From a virus (Duplodnaviria; Caudoviricetes): a stretch of DNA of 64,000 nucleotides. The notes under the pieces are model-generated. The model was not told the DNA's origin. It did no database searches and worked only from the letters and a program-made list of their open reading frames with translations. The number at the start of each line of letters is the position of its first letter. The stretch's first letter is position 1. This document shows positions 36,043 to 44,898 of this stretch, piece after piece. The translations under genes were made by a program, and so were the position numbers. Where the stretch lies: the IMG/VR virus record IMGVR_UViG_2758568729_000001, positions 86,427-150,426 of that record; one strand, 5' to 3'.

Positions 36043-37403
36043 ACGATCGCCAAATCAGCGAACCGGGCCAGGTGCAACTGAGCAGCCACGGTCACCGTGT
36101 CGGTAGGCCCGTTCCTGTGCTTAGCCACTATGAAATCCGCTTCACCGGCGCGAGCGGATTCCTTGTCGTAGTAGTCGTCCCGGTGGAGCAGGATCACCAC
36201 GTCAGCGTCCTGTTCGAGACTGCCCGACTCGCGAAGATCGCTCAGTTGTGGGCGCTTATCAGCCCGCTGCTCGGGGCCGCGGTTCAACTGGCAGACCGCG
36301 ATGACCGGACAGCCCACCTCCTTCGCAAGAAGCTTCAACCCACGAGACAGGTCGGAAACCTCCTGCTGCCGGGACTCGGTCCGCTGCGGCGACGACACGA
36401 GTTGGAGGTAGTCCACGACGATCATTCGCAGGTCGTGGCGCTGCTTCAACCGGCGGGCCTTCGACCGGATCTCCATCAGCGACGTCGCGGCGGTGTCGTC
36501 CACGAACAGCGGCGCCTCGGCGATGTCGCCCATGCACCGGGCCAGCTTCGTCCAGTCGTCGTCGGAGAGCTGCCCGTTGCGGAGTACATGGAGCGGCACC
36601 CGTGATTCGGCGGACAACAACCGGGTGATGATCTCGACCTTGGACATTTCGAGAGAGAAGATCCCGACCGTTTGCTTCGCCCGGATCGCAGCGTTCCGGG
36701 CGAAGTCGAGAGCGGCCGTCGATTTTCCGAGTCCGGGCCTGCCGGCGACAATGATGAGCTGACCAGGGTGGAACCCATTCAGCAACCGGTCTAGGTCAAT
36801 GAACCCGGTCGGCACCCCGGTCTGCAACGCGTCCTTGCTGCCAGCGGCTTCAATGTCGTCCAGCGTCGGTTGCAGCATCTCCGCCAGCGAGGCGAAATCG
36901 TCGTTGCCCTGACGGCCGGTGATGTCGTACACCGTCTGCTGGGCGAGGTCGACCATGTCGCCGAGGGTCTTCCCCGGCACACGGGTGGCGCTGTATCCGA
37001 GTTGGGTGATCCGGATTCCGGCTTCGATCATCTTCCGCTGGGTCGAGCACTCCGCCATGATCTTGGCGTAGTGGCCAACGTTCGCTGCACTCGGAACCCC
37101 GGCAATCAGGGTGTGTAGGTACGGGGCACCGCCGACCCGGATCAGGTCACCGGACTCGCGCAACGCGTGCGCCACGGTCACGGTGTCCGGTGTGCCGCCC
37201 TTCCCGTACAGGTTGATGATCGAGTCGAAGATGGTTCCGTGGCGGGGAAAGTAGAAGTCGCCTGATTTGATCATCTGGCCGACGGCGTCGATCGCATCCT
37301 GTGACAGGAGCATCGCCCCGAGGAGCGCCTGTTCCGCCTCAAGATCGTGCGGCGGGGTCCGGTCGTCCTGCCCCGCCGCCGGGGTCTCAATGGTGGCGGT
37401 CAC
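36039..37403 (-). CDS. dnaB: Replicative DNA helicase
   Basis: PPHDLEAEQ, GRPGLGKS, FSLEM, VDYLQL, SDLRESGSLEQDAD, KHRNGPT. Confidence 0.97.
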   Translation of the reverse strand: MTATIETPAAGQDDRTPPHDLEAEQALLGAMLLSQDAIDAVGQMIKSGDFYFPRHGTIFDSIINLYGKGGTPDTVTVAHALRESGDLIRVGGAPYLHTLIAGVPSAANVGHYAKIMAECSTQRKMIEAGIRITQLGYSATRVPGKTLGDMVDLAQQTVYDITGRQGNDDFASLAEMLQPTLDDIEAAGSKDALQTGVPTGFIDLDRLLNGFHPGQLIIVAGRPGLGKSTAALDFARNAAIRAKQTVGIFSLEMSKVEIITRLLSAESRVPLHVLRNGQLSDDDWTKLARCMGDIAEAPLFVDDTAATSLMEIRSKARRLKQRHDLRMIVVDYLQLVSSPQRTESRQQEVSDLSRGLKLLAKEVGCPVIAVCQLNRGPEQRADKRPQLSDLRESGSLEQDADVVILLHRDDYYDKESARAGEADFIVAKHRNGPTDTVTVAAQLHLARFADLAIV

Positions 37404-37855
37404 GGAAGAACCTCGCCCTCAACCTCGTCGCCGGTCGGCCACGCCGGGCCGGGGGTGATCTCACGCAACTGGTCGAGCGGCGCGGTCTGGCCGGACCGCT
37501 GGGCCAGGTGCTTGATCACCATCGCCAGTGCCTCGCGGGCCGCCGCACCACCACGCTCGTTTCGGATCTGCCGGTCCATGTCGTCGGTCTCGAACCGGCC
37601 TGGCAAGGCTCGAACCTCGTGTTGCCCGGTCACCCGCCGCTGGTCGGTCCGGATCTGCCTGACGATCCGACGCACGTGGGCGGGCATGATCCGATCGGTG
37701 TTCTCCCGGTAGTACAGCGACACCGCGAGCTTGGCGTCCTCGAACTCGATGTCTTCCAGGTCCTGGTGCCAGGCCAGCACATCGGTGTCACCGATGTGGC
37801 GGTAGTCCCTGGTAGCGGCCAAGCCGAGAAGGATGGCGACTTCGGACCGGTTCAT
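37400..37855 (-). CDS. Putative helicase loader/inhibitor (G39P-like)
   Basis: D.R..G.TDVLAW...IMPAHV; between the initiator and dnaB. Confidence 0.65.
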   Translation of the reverse strand: MNRSEVAILLGLAATRDYRHIGDTDVLAWHQDLEDIEFEDAKLAVSLYYRENTDRIMPAHVRRIVRQIRTDQRRVTGQHEVRALPGRFETDDMDRQIRNERGGAAAREALAMVIKHLAQRSGQTAPLDQLREITPGPAWPTGDEVEGEVLP

Positions 37856-38862
37856 GCCGCACCTCGATCAAGTTCGGCGTACTTCGCGGCGAGCGCCACC
37901 GCGTCGGACATGCGGGCATCGGCAGGGGACCGGGAGGGGTTGCTGCCCGCCAGACCACCGGATTGGCGGCCCTGCCACACCCGATCCGACTGAACCCGCT
38001 GCGCCGAAAGCCGATGGAGTTGCATATCGAGGCTCACCCAGCCGCCAACAGCCATCTCCTTCGCCGCCTCAATCAGCTTCTCGGGCGGAACGTTCTCCTT
38101 CTCGATGAGCCGCTTGGCGTCGCGGGAGAATTTCCCGATGGCCCCGCTGGTGGGTGGGTCGCCGCCTGCGTCGGTGATGGCGTCGATCCACGCGGCGGTG
38201 ACGTCCCGGGCGGTGACCTTGTCCGGGACAGCGACGTCCGTGCCGGGTGCGGTCGGGAACAGCGCTTCGGCTGTGGTGGCTTTGGCCGCGGTCCGCTTCG
38301 ACGGCTTGGTGGTCTTCGGCTCGGCTGTGGTCGCCGGCGGCGGAGAAGAAGGAACTTCCGTAGGAAGTTCGGTCGGGTCGGGTCGGGTCGGGGGGACCGT
38401 GACTGCGGGTGCGACATCGGTGTGACTGTCGGCGTGAGTCACGTCAGCGTCACGCCGTGACGCACCCCCCGCTTGGGTGTTTTCGCCCTGATTCTGCGTT
38501 TTCGCCTTCGCTCGATCCCGCGCCCGCTGCTGCCGGGCCGCCGCCGCAGCGCGCTCCTTGAGAACCTGCTCCCTGGACGGTTGATGATCGGTCCACTGGT
38601 GAAACCGCCATCCCTCCTCGCCGTCACGCGTGACGCGCTCCCACAGACCAGACCGCTCCAACCTCGGGGTCAGGGCCTCACGGAGGCCCGGGGCGAGGTA
38701 GTCGACAACGTCATCAGGGACCCATCCGTCGGTGAGGTCATCCGACGCCCACGACCCAGCCACAGCCCACAGACCGATCGCCGCGAGCCCCTCCAGATCG
38801 AGGCCGGTACGGATGCGCTTACGGTGCTTGTGGAACCCGTCGTCCATCCGGAACCACGTCAC
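37852..38862 (-). CDS. Phage replication initiator
   Basis: MTWFRMDDGF..H.K, GLW...W....TDGWVP, FHQWTDHQPS and TRPDPT linker. Confidence 0.85.
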   Translation of the reverse strand: MTWFRMDDGFHKHRKRIRTGLDLEGLAAIGLWAVAGSWASDDLTDGWVPDDVVDYLAPGLREALTPRLERSGLWERVTRDGEEGWRFHQWTDHQPSREQVLKERAAAAARQQRARDRAKAKTQNQGENTQAGGASRRDADVTHADSHTDVAPAVTVPPTRPDPTELPTEVPSSPPPATTAEPKTTKPSKRTAAKATTAEALFPTAPGTDVAVPDKVTARDVTAAWIDAITDAGGDPPTSGAIGKFSRDAKRLIEKENVPPEKLIEAAKEMAVGGWVSLDMQLHRLSAQRVQSDRVWQGRQSGGLAGSNPSRSPADARMSDAVALAAKYAELDRGAA

Positions 38863-39215
38863 AGGACTCGCGCCCCCTTCCGGGTGTCGCGGGAACGGGA
38901 GACAGCCGGGACCGGTGGCAGGTTCATCGGGCACAGCCAGCACCCGTCACGCCTCGGCTTCGGCTGGTACTTCAGCGGGGCCCGTGAGTTGAGCCGGGTC
39001 AGCCCGGCGGCCCACGCCACCCCGGCGACGACGCACGAGTCCCACGGGTTCAGAGCCGCAGTCTCCGCTCGGCACTGCTCCAGCACCGGGCAGTCCGACA
39101 GGCAGATGTGCCGGGCCAGCGGGTACAGGCTGCGGGTCGTCCACACATGGCTGTTCCGCTGGCACACGGCGTGCTGGCGCCACCCGGCGTCAAGGTCAAT
39201 GGTTGGTGCGGTCAC
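38859..39215 (-). CDS. Divergent WhiB-family protein
   Basis: WRQHAVC...ARHICLSDCPVLEQC...VVAG. Confidence 0.7.
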   Translation of the reverse strand: MTAPTIDLDAGWRQHAVCQRNSHVWTTRSLYPLARHICLSDCPVLEQCRAETAALNPWDSCVVAGVAWAAGLTRLNSRAPLKYQPKPRRDGCWLCPMNLPPVPAVSRSRDTRKGARVL

Positions 39216-39628
39216 AGTGCGTCTCCGGTGGCGATCGTGGTGATCCGGCGGCGCCGGTACCGGGCGGGAACCCGAGTCGGGACGGCGTACAGGCGGACCG
39301 GGGGAGCGATCGGCCCTTCGACGCGGCACACCTCGCACCCTTCGGTGCGGGTCTGGTGGCGGCGGCGGGCGGTGTCGGTCCCGCAGGGCAACACATCATT
39401 CGGCCCGTACCGGGGGCCGCGAGGGGGAAGGAGTCCGTGGTCGCGGGCGTACGCGACGGCGGCCGGGCCGGAGGGCACCCGCAGGAGCGCGAACACCCTG
39501 CTGAGTTCCTGCGTGACGGCACCGGTGGTGCGGTTGGTTTTGAGGCCGATGGCGGCCCGGGTGAGCCCGTCGGCGAGGAGGTCGAGCAGGGTGAGTTGGT
39601 GGTCGGTGAGTTGCGGAATCTCAGGCAT
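39212..39628 (-). CDS. LuxR-type HTH protein with a Cys/His module
   Basis: LTDHQLTLLDLLADGLTRAAIG...AVAYARDHGLL; CGT...H....CEVC. Confidence 0.75.
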   Translation of the reverse strand: MPEIPQLTDHQLTLLDLLADGLTRAAIGLKTNRTTGAVTQELSRVFALLRVPSGPAAVAYARDHGLLPPRGPRYGPNDVLPCGTDTARRRHQTRTEGCEVCRVEGPIAPPVRLYAVPTRVPARYRRRRITTIATGDAL

Positions 39629-40265
39629 CGTTGGCCGCCTTCCGAGATCCCTTGCGCTTCCGCATCACCGTCACCAGGCGGCTAGCGTTCGCGCCGCGCC
39701 GGTCGGTACCCCACGGCCGTGACGGCACCTCGCCCTCATGCCAGTAGGACAGGAACCGGCGGCGGGCGTTCGCCAGGTGGGTGGCGTAGCAGGACAGGTC
39801 ACCGAGCGCAGCCCGTGCGAGCGCATGGTCATCGAACGCGGCCAGAGCGCCAATGACCTCCCGCTGCCGTTCCGTAAGGGTGGGGAGAATCTGAGCGAGA
39901 GCCAGCCGGTCAACGATGTGGTTCTCCGGCGACGGGGTGACCCGGGTGACGTCGGTCCAGTAGGTGACGAAGTTCGGGCCTGTGCCGCTTTCGCCCCACC
40001 CCTCGTCGTTCCGGTATGCGGCGCCTCGGTAGCTGAGGGTCTTCCGGTTCTCCGTCCACAGCGAGTCCTGCGCGGCCTGGAACAGCTTGTGCTCCGGGAT
40101 CCAGTGTTCGGCCTCGTACAGGCGCTCTGCGGCGGCACCGAACGCTTCGGCGTACCGGTCGTCGTAGTCGCCGGCCATCGCCCGGGTTGTTGCCGCAGCG
40201 GACCGGGCGACGCGTTGCAGGTCGGCGAGGGTGTAGCCCCATCGGAGTTCGGTGTCGGTGTTCAT
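39621..40265 (-). CDS. Sigma-factor-like protein (region 4-like)
   Basis: SPENHIVDRLALAQILPTLTERQREVI...HLANARRR. Confidence 0.6.
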   Translation of the reverse strand: MNTDTELRWGYTLADLQRVARSAAATTRAMAGDYDDRYAEAFGAAAERLYEAEHWIPEHKLFQAAQDSLWTENRKTLSYRGAAYRNDEGWGESGTGPNFVTYWTDVTRVTPSPENHIVDRLALAQILPTLTERQREVIGALAAFDDHALARAALGDLSCYATHLANARRRFLSYWHEGEVPSRPWGTDRRGANASRLVTVMRKRKGSRKAANDA

Positions 40266-41428
40266 GCTGCCTCTCCGAAGAGGTCGAGTTGCTGGTGCTG
40301 GATGACCACCGGAGATGTGGCCGGCATCGGGTTGGTTGGCTGAGCCGGTTCGGTGTGCTCCGTGGCGGCCCAGTCCCATCCGCTCTGGGTGAAGGACTCA
40401 CCCGGCAGGTCGGCGAGCTGCGGGTGGTGGTCGTCGTAGACCTGCTTGCTGGTCTTGCCGAGAAGCAGGGAGTCCGCCACGCCGATCCGGGGGATCAGGT
40501 TGCGGGGGATGGTGTCGAGCCGGATCGGCCCGGTGGTGAGCCCACCCCGTTGGGCAAGGTGCGCGGCGTACACGGTGCACCGCAAGCGAGCGACGGCCGC
40601 GGTGAGCGGGTCCAGCTCCACCCCGTCAACCGAGGCGACCACGCGGGTGAGGGCATCACCGGGGGCGGACACGATGCCGCCCGTGGCGACCAACCCGGCC
40701 TTGGCCTGGCGGGGGCGAAGGGTGCCGGTGGTGTACCACTCCCACAGGTAGTCCATGGCCCGGACCATGAAGTGCCCGGTGCCGGCGGTCGGGTCGACGG
40801 TGCGAATCAGCCGGTCGGCGCGGAAGGCGACGCACGCGGGGACCATCGTCCGGTCGAGGATGAAATCCGCCACCCACCACGGGGTTTGCGCCAACGCGTG
40901 CTCTTTGCGGCGGTCGTCGGTCACGGCCTGAAGCAGGTCCCCGATGATCCAACCGCTGATCGACGGCGGCCCGTCGATCACCTCGTAGGCGAGGGACGGT
41001 GCGTCACCGGCCCACCAATCGACCAGGTCTTGGATCGCTGCATCGGACGGGGTGCCGGCGTGCAGGTCCGGGTTGTACCGGGGGTGCATGAGCCACTGGG
41101 TAGCGGGATGCACGGTCAACCCAGCCATGGCCTGCAACAGTGCGACGCTCGGCGTCGGGTTCGGCATGTACCAGCCGGGCATTCCCTTCAGCCCGTCACG
41201 TAGCCACACGTTAATGAGCCCGTGGTCTTCAGCCCAGGCGGTGACAGCGGACAGGTACACCCACGCCCCGGCGATGCGGGTGCGGCGGGCGTGGTCGGTG
41301 TATTCGGTGCTGGCGGGCGGGATGGTGCCGGCGAGGCGGTCGACGTGCTTTCGGAGGGCTTTGACGAGCGTGTGGGTGTATTTGGTGTTGTCCACCGGGT
41401 TGCTCGTTGGGTGAGTCTCGGTCGTCAT
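40262..41428 (-). CDS. Truncated PglX (BREX-2)-like adenine methyltransferase homolog without the catalytic motif
   Basis: AWV......AEDHGLI, GDLLQ...RKEHALAQTPWWVADFILDRT, DPTAGTGHF, GVELDP, ADSLL; no NPPY/F. Confidence 0.75.
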   Translation of the reverse strand: MTTETHPTSNPVDNTKYTHTLVKALRKHVDRLAGTIPPASTEYTDHARRTRIAGAWVYLSAVTAWAEDHGLINVWLRDGLKGMPGWYMPNPTPSVALLQAMAGLTVHPATQWLMHPRYNPDLHAGTPSDAAIQDLVDWWAGDAPSLAYEVIDGPPSISGWIIGDLLQAVTDDRRKEHALAQTPWWVADFILDRTMVPACVAFRADRLIRTVDPTAGTGHFMVRAMDYLWEWYTTGTLRPRQAKAGLVATGGIVSAPGDALTRVVASVDGVELDPLTAAVARLRCTVYAAHLAQRGGLTTGPIRLDTIPRNLIPRIGVADSLLLGKTSKQVYDDHHPQLADLPGESFTQSGWDWAATEHTEPAQPTNPMPATSPVVIQHQQLDLFGEAA

Positions 41429-41508
41429 GGCAGTCACCTCCGTCGATGTTTTGGTGGGAATGGTGGAGCGCGGCCCGCCCCGTGCCGGACCGCGCCCCGT
41501 CGACCGAA

Positions 41509-43026
41509 TCAGCCGGACTTGCAGGTTTTGTCCAGCCGGCACGCGGCCTCCGCTCCCACCCGCCGCTGTAGCTCGGCGAGCTGCACATCGGTCAGGCCGC
41601 GCAACTCGCCGGACGGCACCGGAGCAGACGCCGGGGCACCCGAGGTGTCCGCCCCGTACTGGGTGCCGACCCCGTTGCCGTTGACGCCGGCCAACGTGCC
41701 GCACCGGTACACCGACCCGTCGGCGCGCTGGAGACAGGTCGGCTTGTCGCCCTTGAGGTCCCCGGTGCCGGTTGCCCGGTACAGGACGTTCTGGCCGGTG
41801 CCGAGGGTCGCCACCCACTGGTTGCCGCCGGTGGGTATGACCTCGTACACGGTGATGGCCTGCCAGTTCGGGATGTCCTGGTAGTCGGCCTTGATCCGAT
41901 CCACGATCGCCTTCGGCGACACCCACACCGGGTTCGTCTTGTGGATCGTGATCGGTGCCAGCCGTAGCCCGTTATGGCGGGCAGGCACCGTCGACACCAC
42001 GGAGATCGCGGTTGCGGAACCGCGACCGGTCAGCGGGGTCACGTACACCGGCTGGCCGTCGGCCGACAGGGTGAACTCCGAGTCGTTGCCGGAGTTGACG
42101 TCGTCGTCGGGGGTCTCCCACCCGGACCGCTTGAACAGCCAGTCGAAGAACCCGCCCATTCCGGCGGTCGCTTCCCGCTGTTGGGCGGCGAGGCTCAGCG
42201 GGTACGAGGGCCCGGGGATGTTCGCCGTGTCGGTGGTGATCGTCAGGGCGCCGGTCTTGCCGTCGTACAGGGCCACCCCGGCGGGGCGCTCGGTGATCAC
42301 GAACTTCCCGACCTGCCGTTTCAACGGCACCACGACCATCGGCCGGTCCCCGTTGCAGTACGCGTACACGTCGTCGCCGTTGAACCTCAGGTACCGGTCC
42401 TCCTTGGAGATTTCCCGGCCGAGGTTGCTGCCCCACCAGCCCGATACCCGGTCGGTGGCCTTGCCTTTGTCGAACGTGCACTTCTGCTCGGCGGCGCCTC
42501 GGCCTTGCAACGGGATCTGCTGCGACAGCGCCACCTCATACCCGGACAGGAACCCTCGCCGGTTGACGAGGGTGGCGTACCGGTCCTCACTGGGGAGGTA
42601 GGTGGTGCCGGCGATGTCACCGGCGGTGTCGCCCAGGTTGGGTCGGGCCTGCGCCTCGCCGACCTGGTACGGGGCGCGTGGGGCGAGGGTTGGTACCTGA
42701 TCGGTGGTGACCGTGATCGCTTGTGCGTACGTCCGGTCCTGGCTGTATTGGGTGTGGAGCAGCCAGCCGATTCCGATCACGCCGCCGAGGACGAACCCGA
42801 GCGTGATGAGAGCGAACCCGCGCCCGTCGCTACCGGATCCCCCGGCGCCGGCCGCCGCTCCGCCGATCACGAACGCGATGAAGACGGCGAACGCAGCGAG
42901 CAGGGGAACCATCTTCCGGAGTTCCCACACGAAGATGGTCGAGTAGTAGGGGGCGATGGCGAACCACAGGGCGGTCAGGGCGGCCAGCACCCCGAGGGTG
43001 AGCAGGACTTTTGCGGTGCGGGTCAT
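41509..43026 (-). CDS. Membrane protein with three N-terminal TM segments and a large extracytoplasmic domain
   Basis: 505 aa; hydrophobic N-terminal helices; GAAGGA RBS; own promoter. Confidence 0.85.
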   Translation of the reverse strand: MTRTAKVLLTLGVLAALTALWFAIAPYYSTIFVWELRKMVPLLAAFAVFIAFVIGGAAAGAGGSGSDGRGFALITLGFVLGGVIGIGWLLHTQYSQDRTYAQAITVTTDQVPTLAPRAPYQVGEAQARPNLGDTAGDIAGTTYLPSEDRYATLVNRRGFLSGYEVALSQQIPLQGRGAAEQKCTFDKGKATDRVSGWWGSNLGREISKEDRYLRFNGDDVYAYCNGDRPMVVVPLKRQVGKFVITERPAGVALYDGKTGALTITTDTANIPGPSYPLSLAAQQREATAGMGGFFDWLFKRSGWETPDDDVNSGNDSEFTLSADGQPVYVTPLTGRGSATAISVVSTVPARHNGLRLAPITIHKTNPVWVSPKAIVDRIKADYQDIPNWQAITVYEVIPTGGNQWVATLGTGQNVLYRATGTGDLKGDKPTCLQRADGSVYRCGTLAGVNGNGVGTQYGADTSGAPASAPVPSGELRGLTDVQLAELQRRVGAEAACRLDKTCKSG

Positions 43027-43060
43027 ATGGCGGATCCTTCCGTCGGAATGCGTTGCATCG

Positions 43061-43112
43061 CATCTATCAAGCTACGCGACGCGGGCAATGCTGGCAAGAA
43101 TATCTACCGAGT
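43061..43112 (-). promoter_or_regulatory. SigA-type promoter TTGCCA-N17-TAGCTT flanked by two ATCTAYCRA boxes
   Basis: -35 at 43092-43097, -10 at 43069-43074; boxes start at 43062 and 43102. Confidence 0.65.
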
Positions 43113-43126
43113 TGGGTACAGGTGTT

Positions 43127-43163
43127 GTGGGTGCGGCCCGAAGGGTGGTCGGGCCGCACCCAC
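43127..43163 (-). terminator. 15-bp perfect hairpin
   Basis: gtgggtgcggcccga-N7-tcgggccgcacccac just after the stop at 43175. Confidence 0.7.
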
Positions 43164-43174
43164 GGCTCGCACCG

Positions 43175-43849
43175 TCAGGCGACCGACGACAACCGGCGCG
43201 TCGACATCCGTACCGGCTGGATCGCCCCCACGAACCGCTTACCGATCCGCACGTGAGCCATCTCGTCCGGACCGGTGAACGTCCACTCCGCCTCGCCGCC
43301 GCGTTGACGCACGTCACCGAACCGGCCCAACCGGGCCCCGTTGAACGCGATCTTGCTGACCGGGCGCGCCAGGATCGGGGCGTGGAGGATCGGCCGCGGG
43401 TCCGGGAAGTCGACCACGACCCCGTTCGCCACCATTGACAGGCCGAACCCGCCGCCGGTGTCGATGCTCCGGGAGATCCGCAGCCGCCCGTCAGGGCCGT
43501 CGCCGATGTAGTCGAGCGCAACCGGAACGCTGCCCTGCTTGGTGCCGAGCTTGAACTTCTTGGTCACCTCGATGGCGGTGGCCAGGTCGATCAGGATCTT
43601 CCACGGCTCGTCGTCCCCACCGAAGTCGGGCCACAGCCCGTCCTGCGCGTCGGCGTCGCTGTCAGGGTCGTCGTCGGGGTGCCACGACGAGATACCCGCG
43701 TAGACCCGGTCGGTGGCGGCAACGTGAAGCATCTCGCCGTCCCACCGGATCTGGACGCAGTTCAGGTCGGGGACCTCTTTGTTGTCGGCGGCGAACCCGA
43801 CGACGTCGTTGATGAGGCCGATCAGGTCACTGGTGCGAAGCGTGATCAT
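43175..43849 (-). CDS. Short, divergent sliding-clamp (DnaN)-like protein
   Basis: FAA....PDLNCVQI....LHVAATDR...FPD.R...FNG..L..F...GAIQPVR. Confidence 0.65.
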   Translation of the reverse strand: MITLRTSDLIGLINDVVGFAADNKEVPDLNCVQIRWDGEMLHVAATDRVYAGISSWHPDDDPDSDADAQDGLWPDFGGDDEPWKILIDLATAIEVTKKFKLGTKQGSVPVALDYIGDGPDGRLRISRSIDTGGGFGLSMVANGVVVDFPDPRPILHAPILARPVSKIAFNGARLGRFGDVRQRGGEAEWTFTGPDEMAHVRIGKRFVGAIQPVRMSTRRLSSVA

Positions 43850-43884
43850 GGATGTTCTCCGTTCTGGTTGATGGGGGCACTGGA

Positions 43885-44361
43885 TCAAGAGGCCCGCTCG
43901 TTCGCGGGGACGTAGAACGGCATCAACTCGCGCCGCTTGATGTCGGCCGCCTCGGCAGCGGTCTGCTCCGAGTCGTAGGTGCCGCACATGTAGGTCTTGC
44001 CGCGAAACTTCACGCGTGCGATCCAGCGCCCCGACCGGGTTGGGTGAACGCCCCTGTACTTCGACTTCCCGCGGCCCGCGACGTTCTGACTGGACCCACT
44101 CGGATTGACCACCCGTAGGTTGGACCGCCGGTTGTCGAGCCGGTTGCCGCTGCGGTGATCGCCGATCATCCCGTCGCCGGCCGCGAGTCCGAGCACCCAC
44201 CGGTGGACGACTTGGACGCGCCCGCAGTCGAACATCTGGGCGTATCCGTGCGACCCGATCGACAGTCGCCGACTGGCGAGACGGAGGTAGTCGTCCGAGT
44301 CGAGAAGTACCGGCACCGGGCCATCCTTTGTGGAGGCGTTCACCTCAACCCACGCCCGCAT
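43885..44361 (-). CDS. HNH endonuclease with an AP2 DNA-binding domain
   Basis: VHRWVLG...DHRSGNRLDNRRSNLR...SKYRGV...WIARV. Confidence 0.88.
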   Translation of the reverse strand: MRAWVEVNASTKDGPVPVLLDSDDYLRLASRRLSIGSHGYAQMFDCGRVQVVHRWVLGLAAGDGMIGDHRSGNRLDNRRSNLRVVNPSGSSQNVAGRGKSKYRGVHPTRSGRWIARVKFRGKTYMCGTYDSEQTAAEAADIKRRELMPFYVPANERAS

Positions 44362-44858
44362 CAGAAGGGCGGGTTTTCGTCGAAGTTCCCGCCTGAGCCT
44401 CCCTGCGATTCCTGGTGCGCCCACGGGTCGTTCATGCTGCCGCCCTGGGCCGGGGCAGCGCCCCGGGCCTGTCCGCCACCGCCGCCACCGGAGCGGGACA
44501 TCTTCTGGACGCTCGCCGTGGCGTACCGCAGCGACGGGCCGATCTCGTCGACCTCCAGTTCGATGACGGTGCGCTTCTCGCCCTCGCGGGTTTCGTAGCT
44601 GCGCTGCTTGAGTCGGCCCGAGACGATGACCCGGTCACCGCGCTTCAGTGACTCGGCGACGTGCTCGGCCGGCTGGTTCCAGACCTTGCACTGCATGAAC
44701 AGGGGCTCGCCGTCCTTCCACTCGTTCGTGGTCCGGTCCATGAACCGGGGCGTGGATGCGACCCGGAAGTTCGCGACCGCCGCGCCGTTCGGGGTGAATT
44801 TGAGCTCCGGGTCATCGGTCAGGTTGCCGATGATCGTGATGGTGGTGTCTCCAGCCAT
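44361..44858 (-). CDS. ssb: Single-stranded DNA-binding protein
   Basis: [21 protein letters not shown]...C-terminal DENPPF. Confidence 0.97.
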   Translation of the reverse strand: MAGDTTITIIGNLTDDPELKFTPNGAAVANFRVASTPRFMDRTTNEWKDGEPLFMQCKVWNQPAEHVAESLKRGDRVIVSGRLKQRSYETREGEKRTVIELEVDEIGPSLRYATASVQKMSRSGGGGGGQARGAAPAQGGSMNDPWAHQESQGGSGGNFDENPPF

Positions 44859-44898
44859 GGGTGTGTCTCCTTCGTTGTTGTGGTTGGGTTTTGGCCGG

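Noticed and set aside
36039-37403. Intein in DnaB (terminase also checked)
   Set aside because: Protein lengths are normal and no splicing motifs are visible.
40262-43026. Complete BREX or restriction-modification defence island
   Set aside because: There is no PglZ, ATPase, kinase or restriction nuclease partner, and the methyltransferase homolog lacks its catalytic motif.
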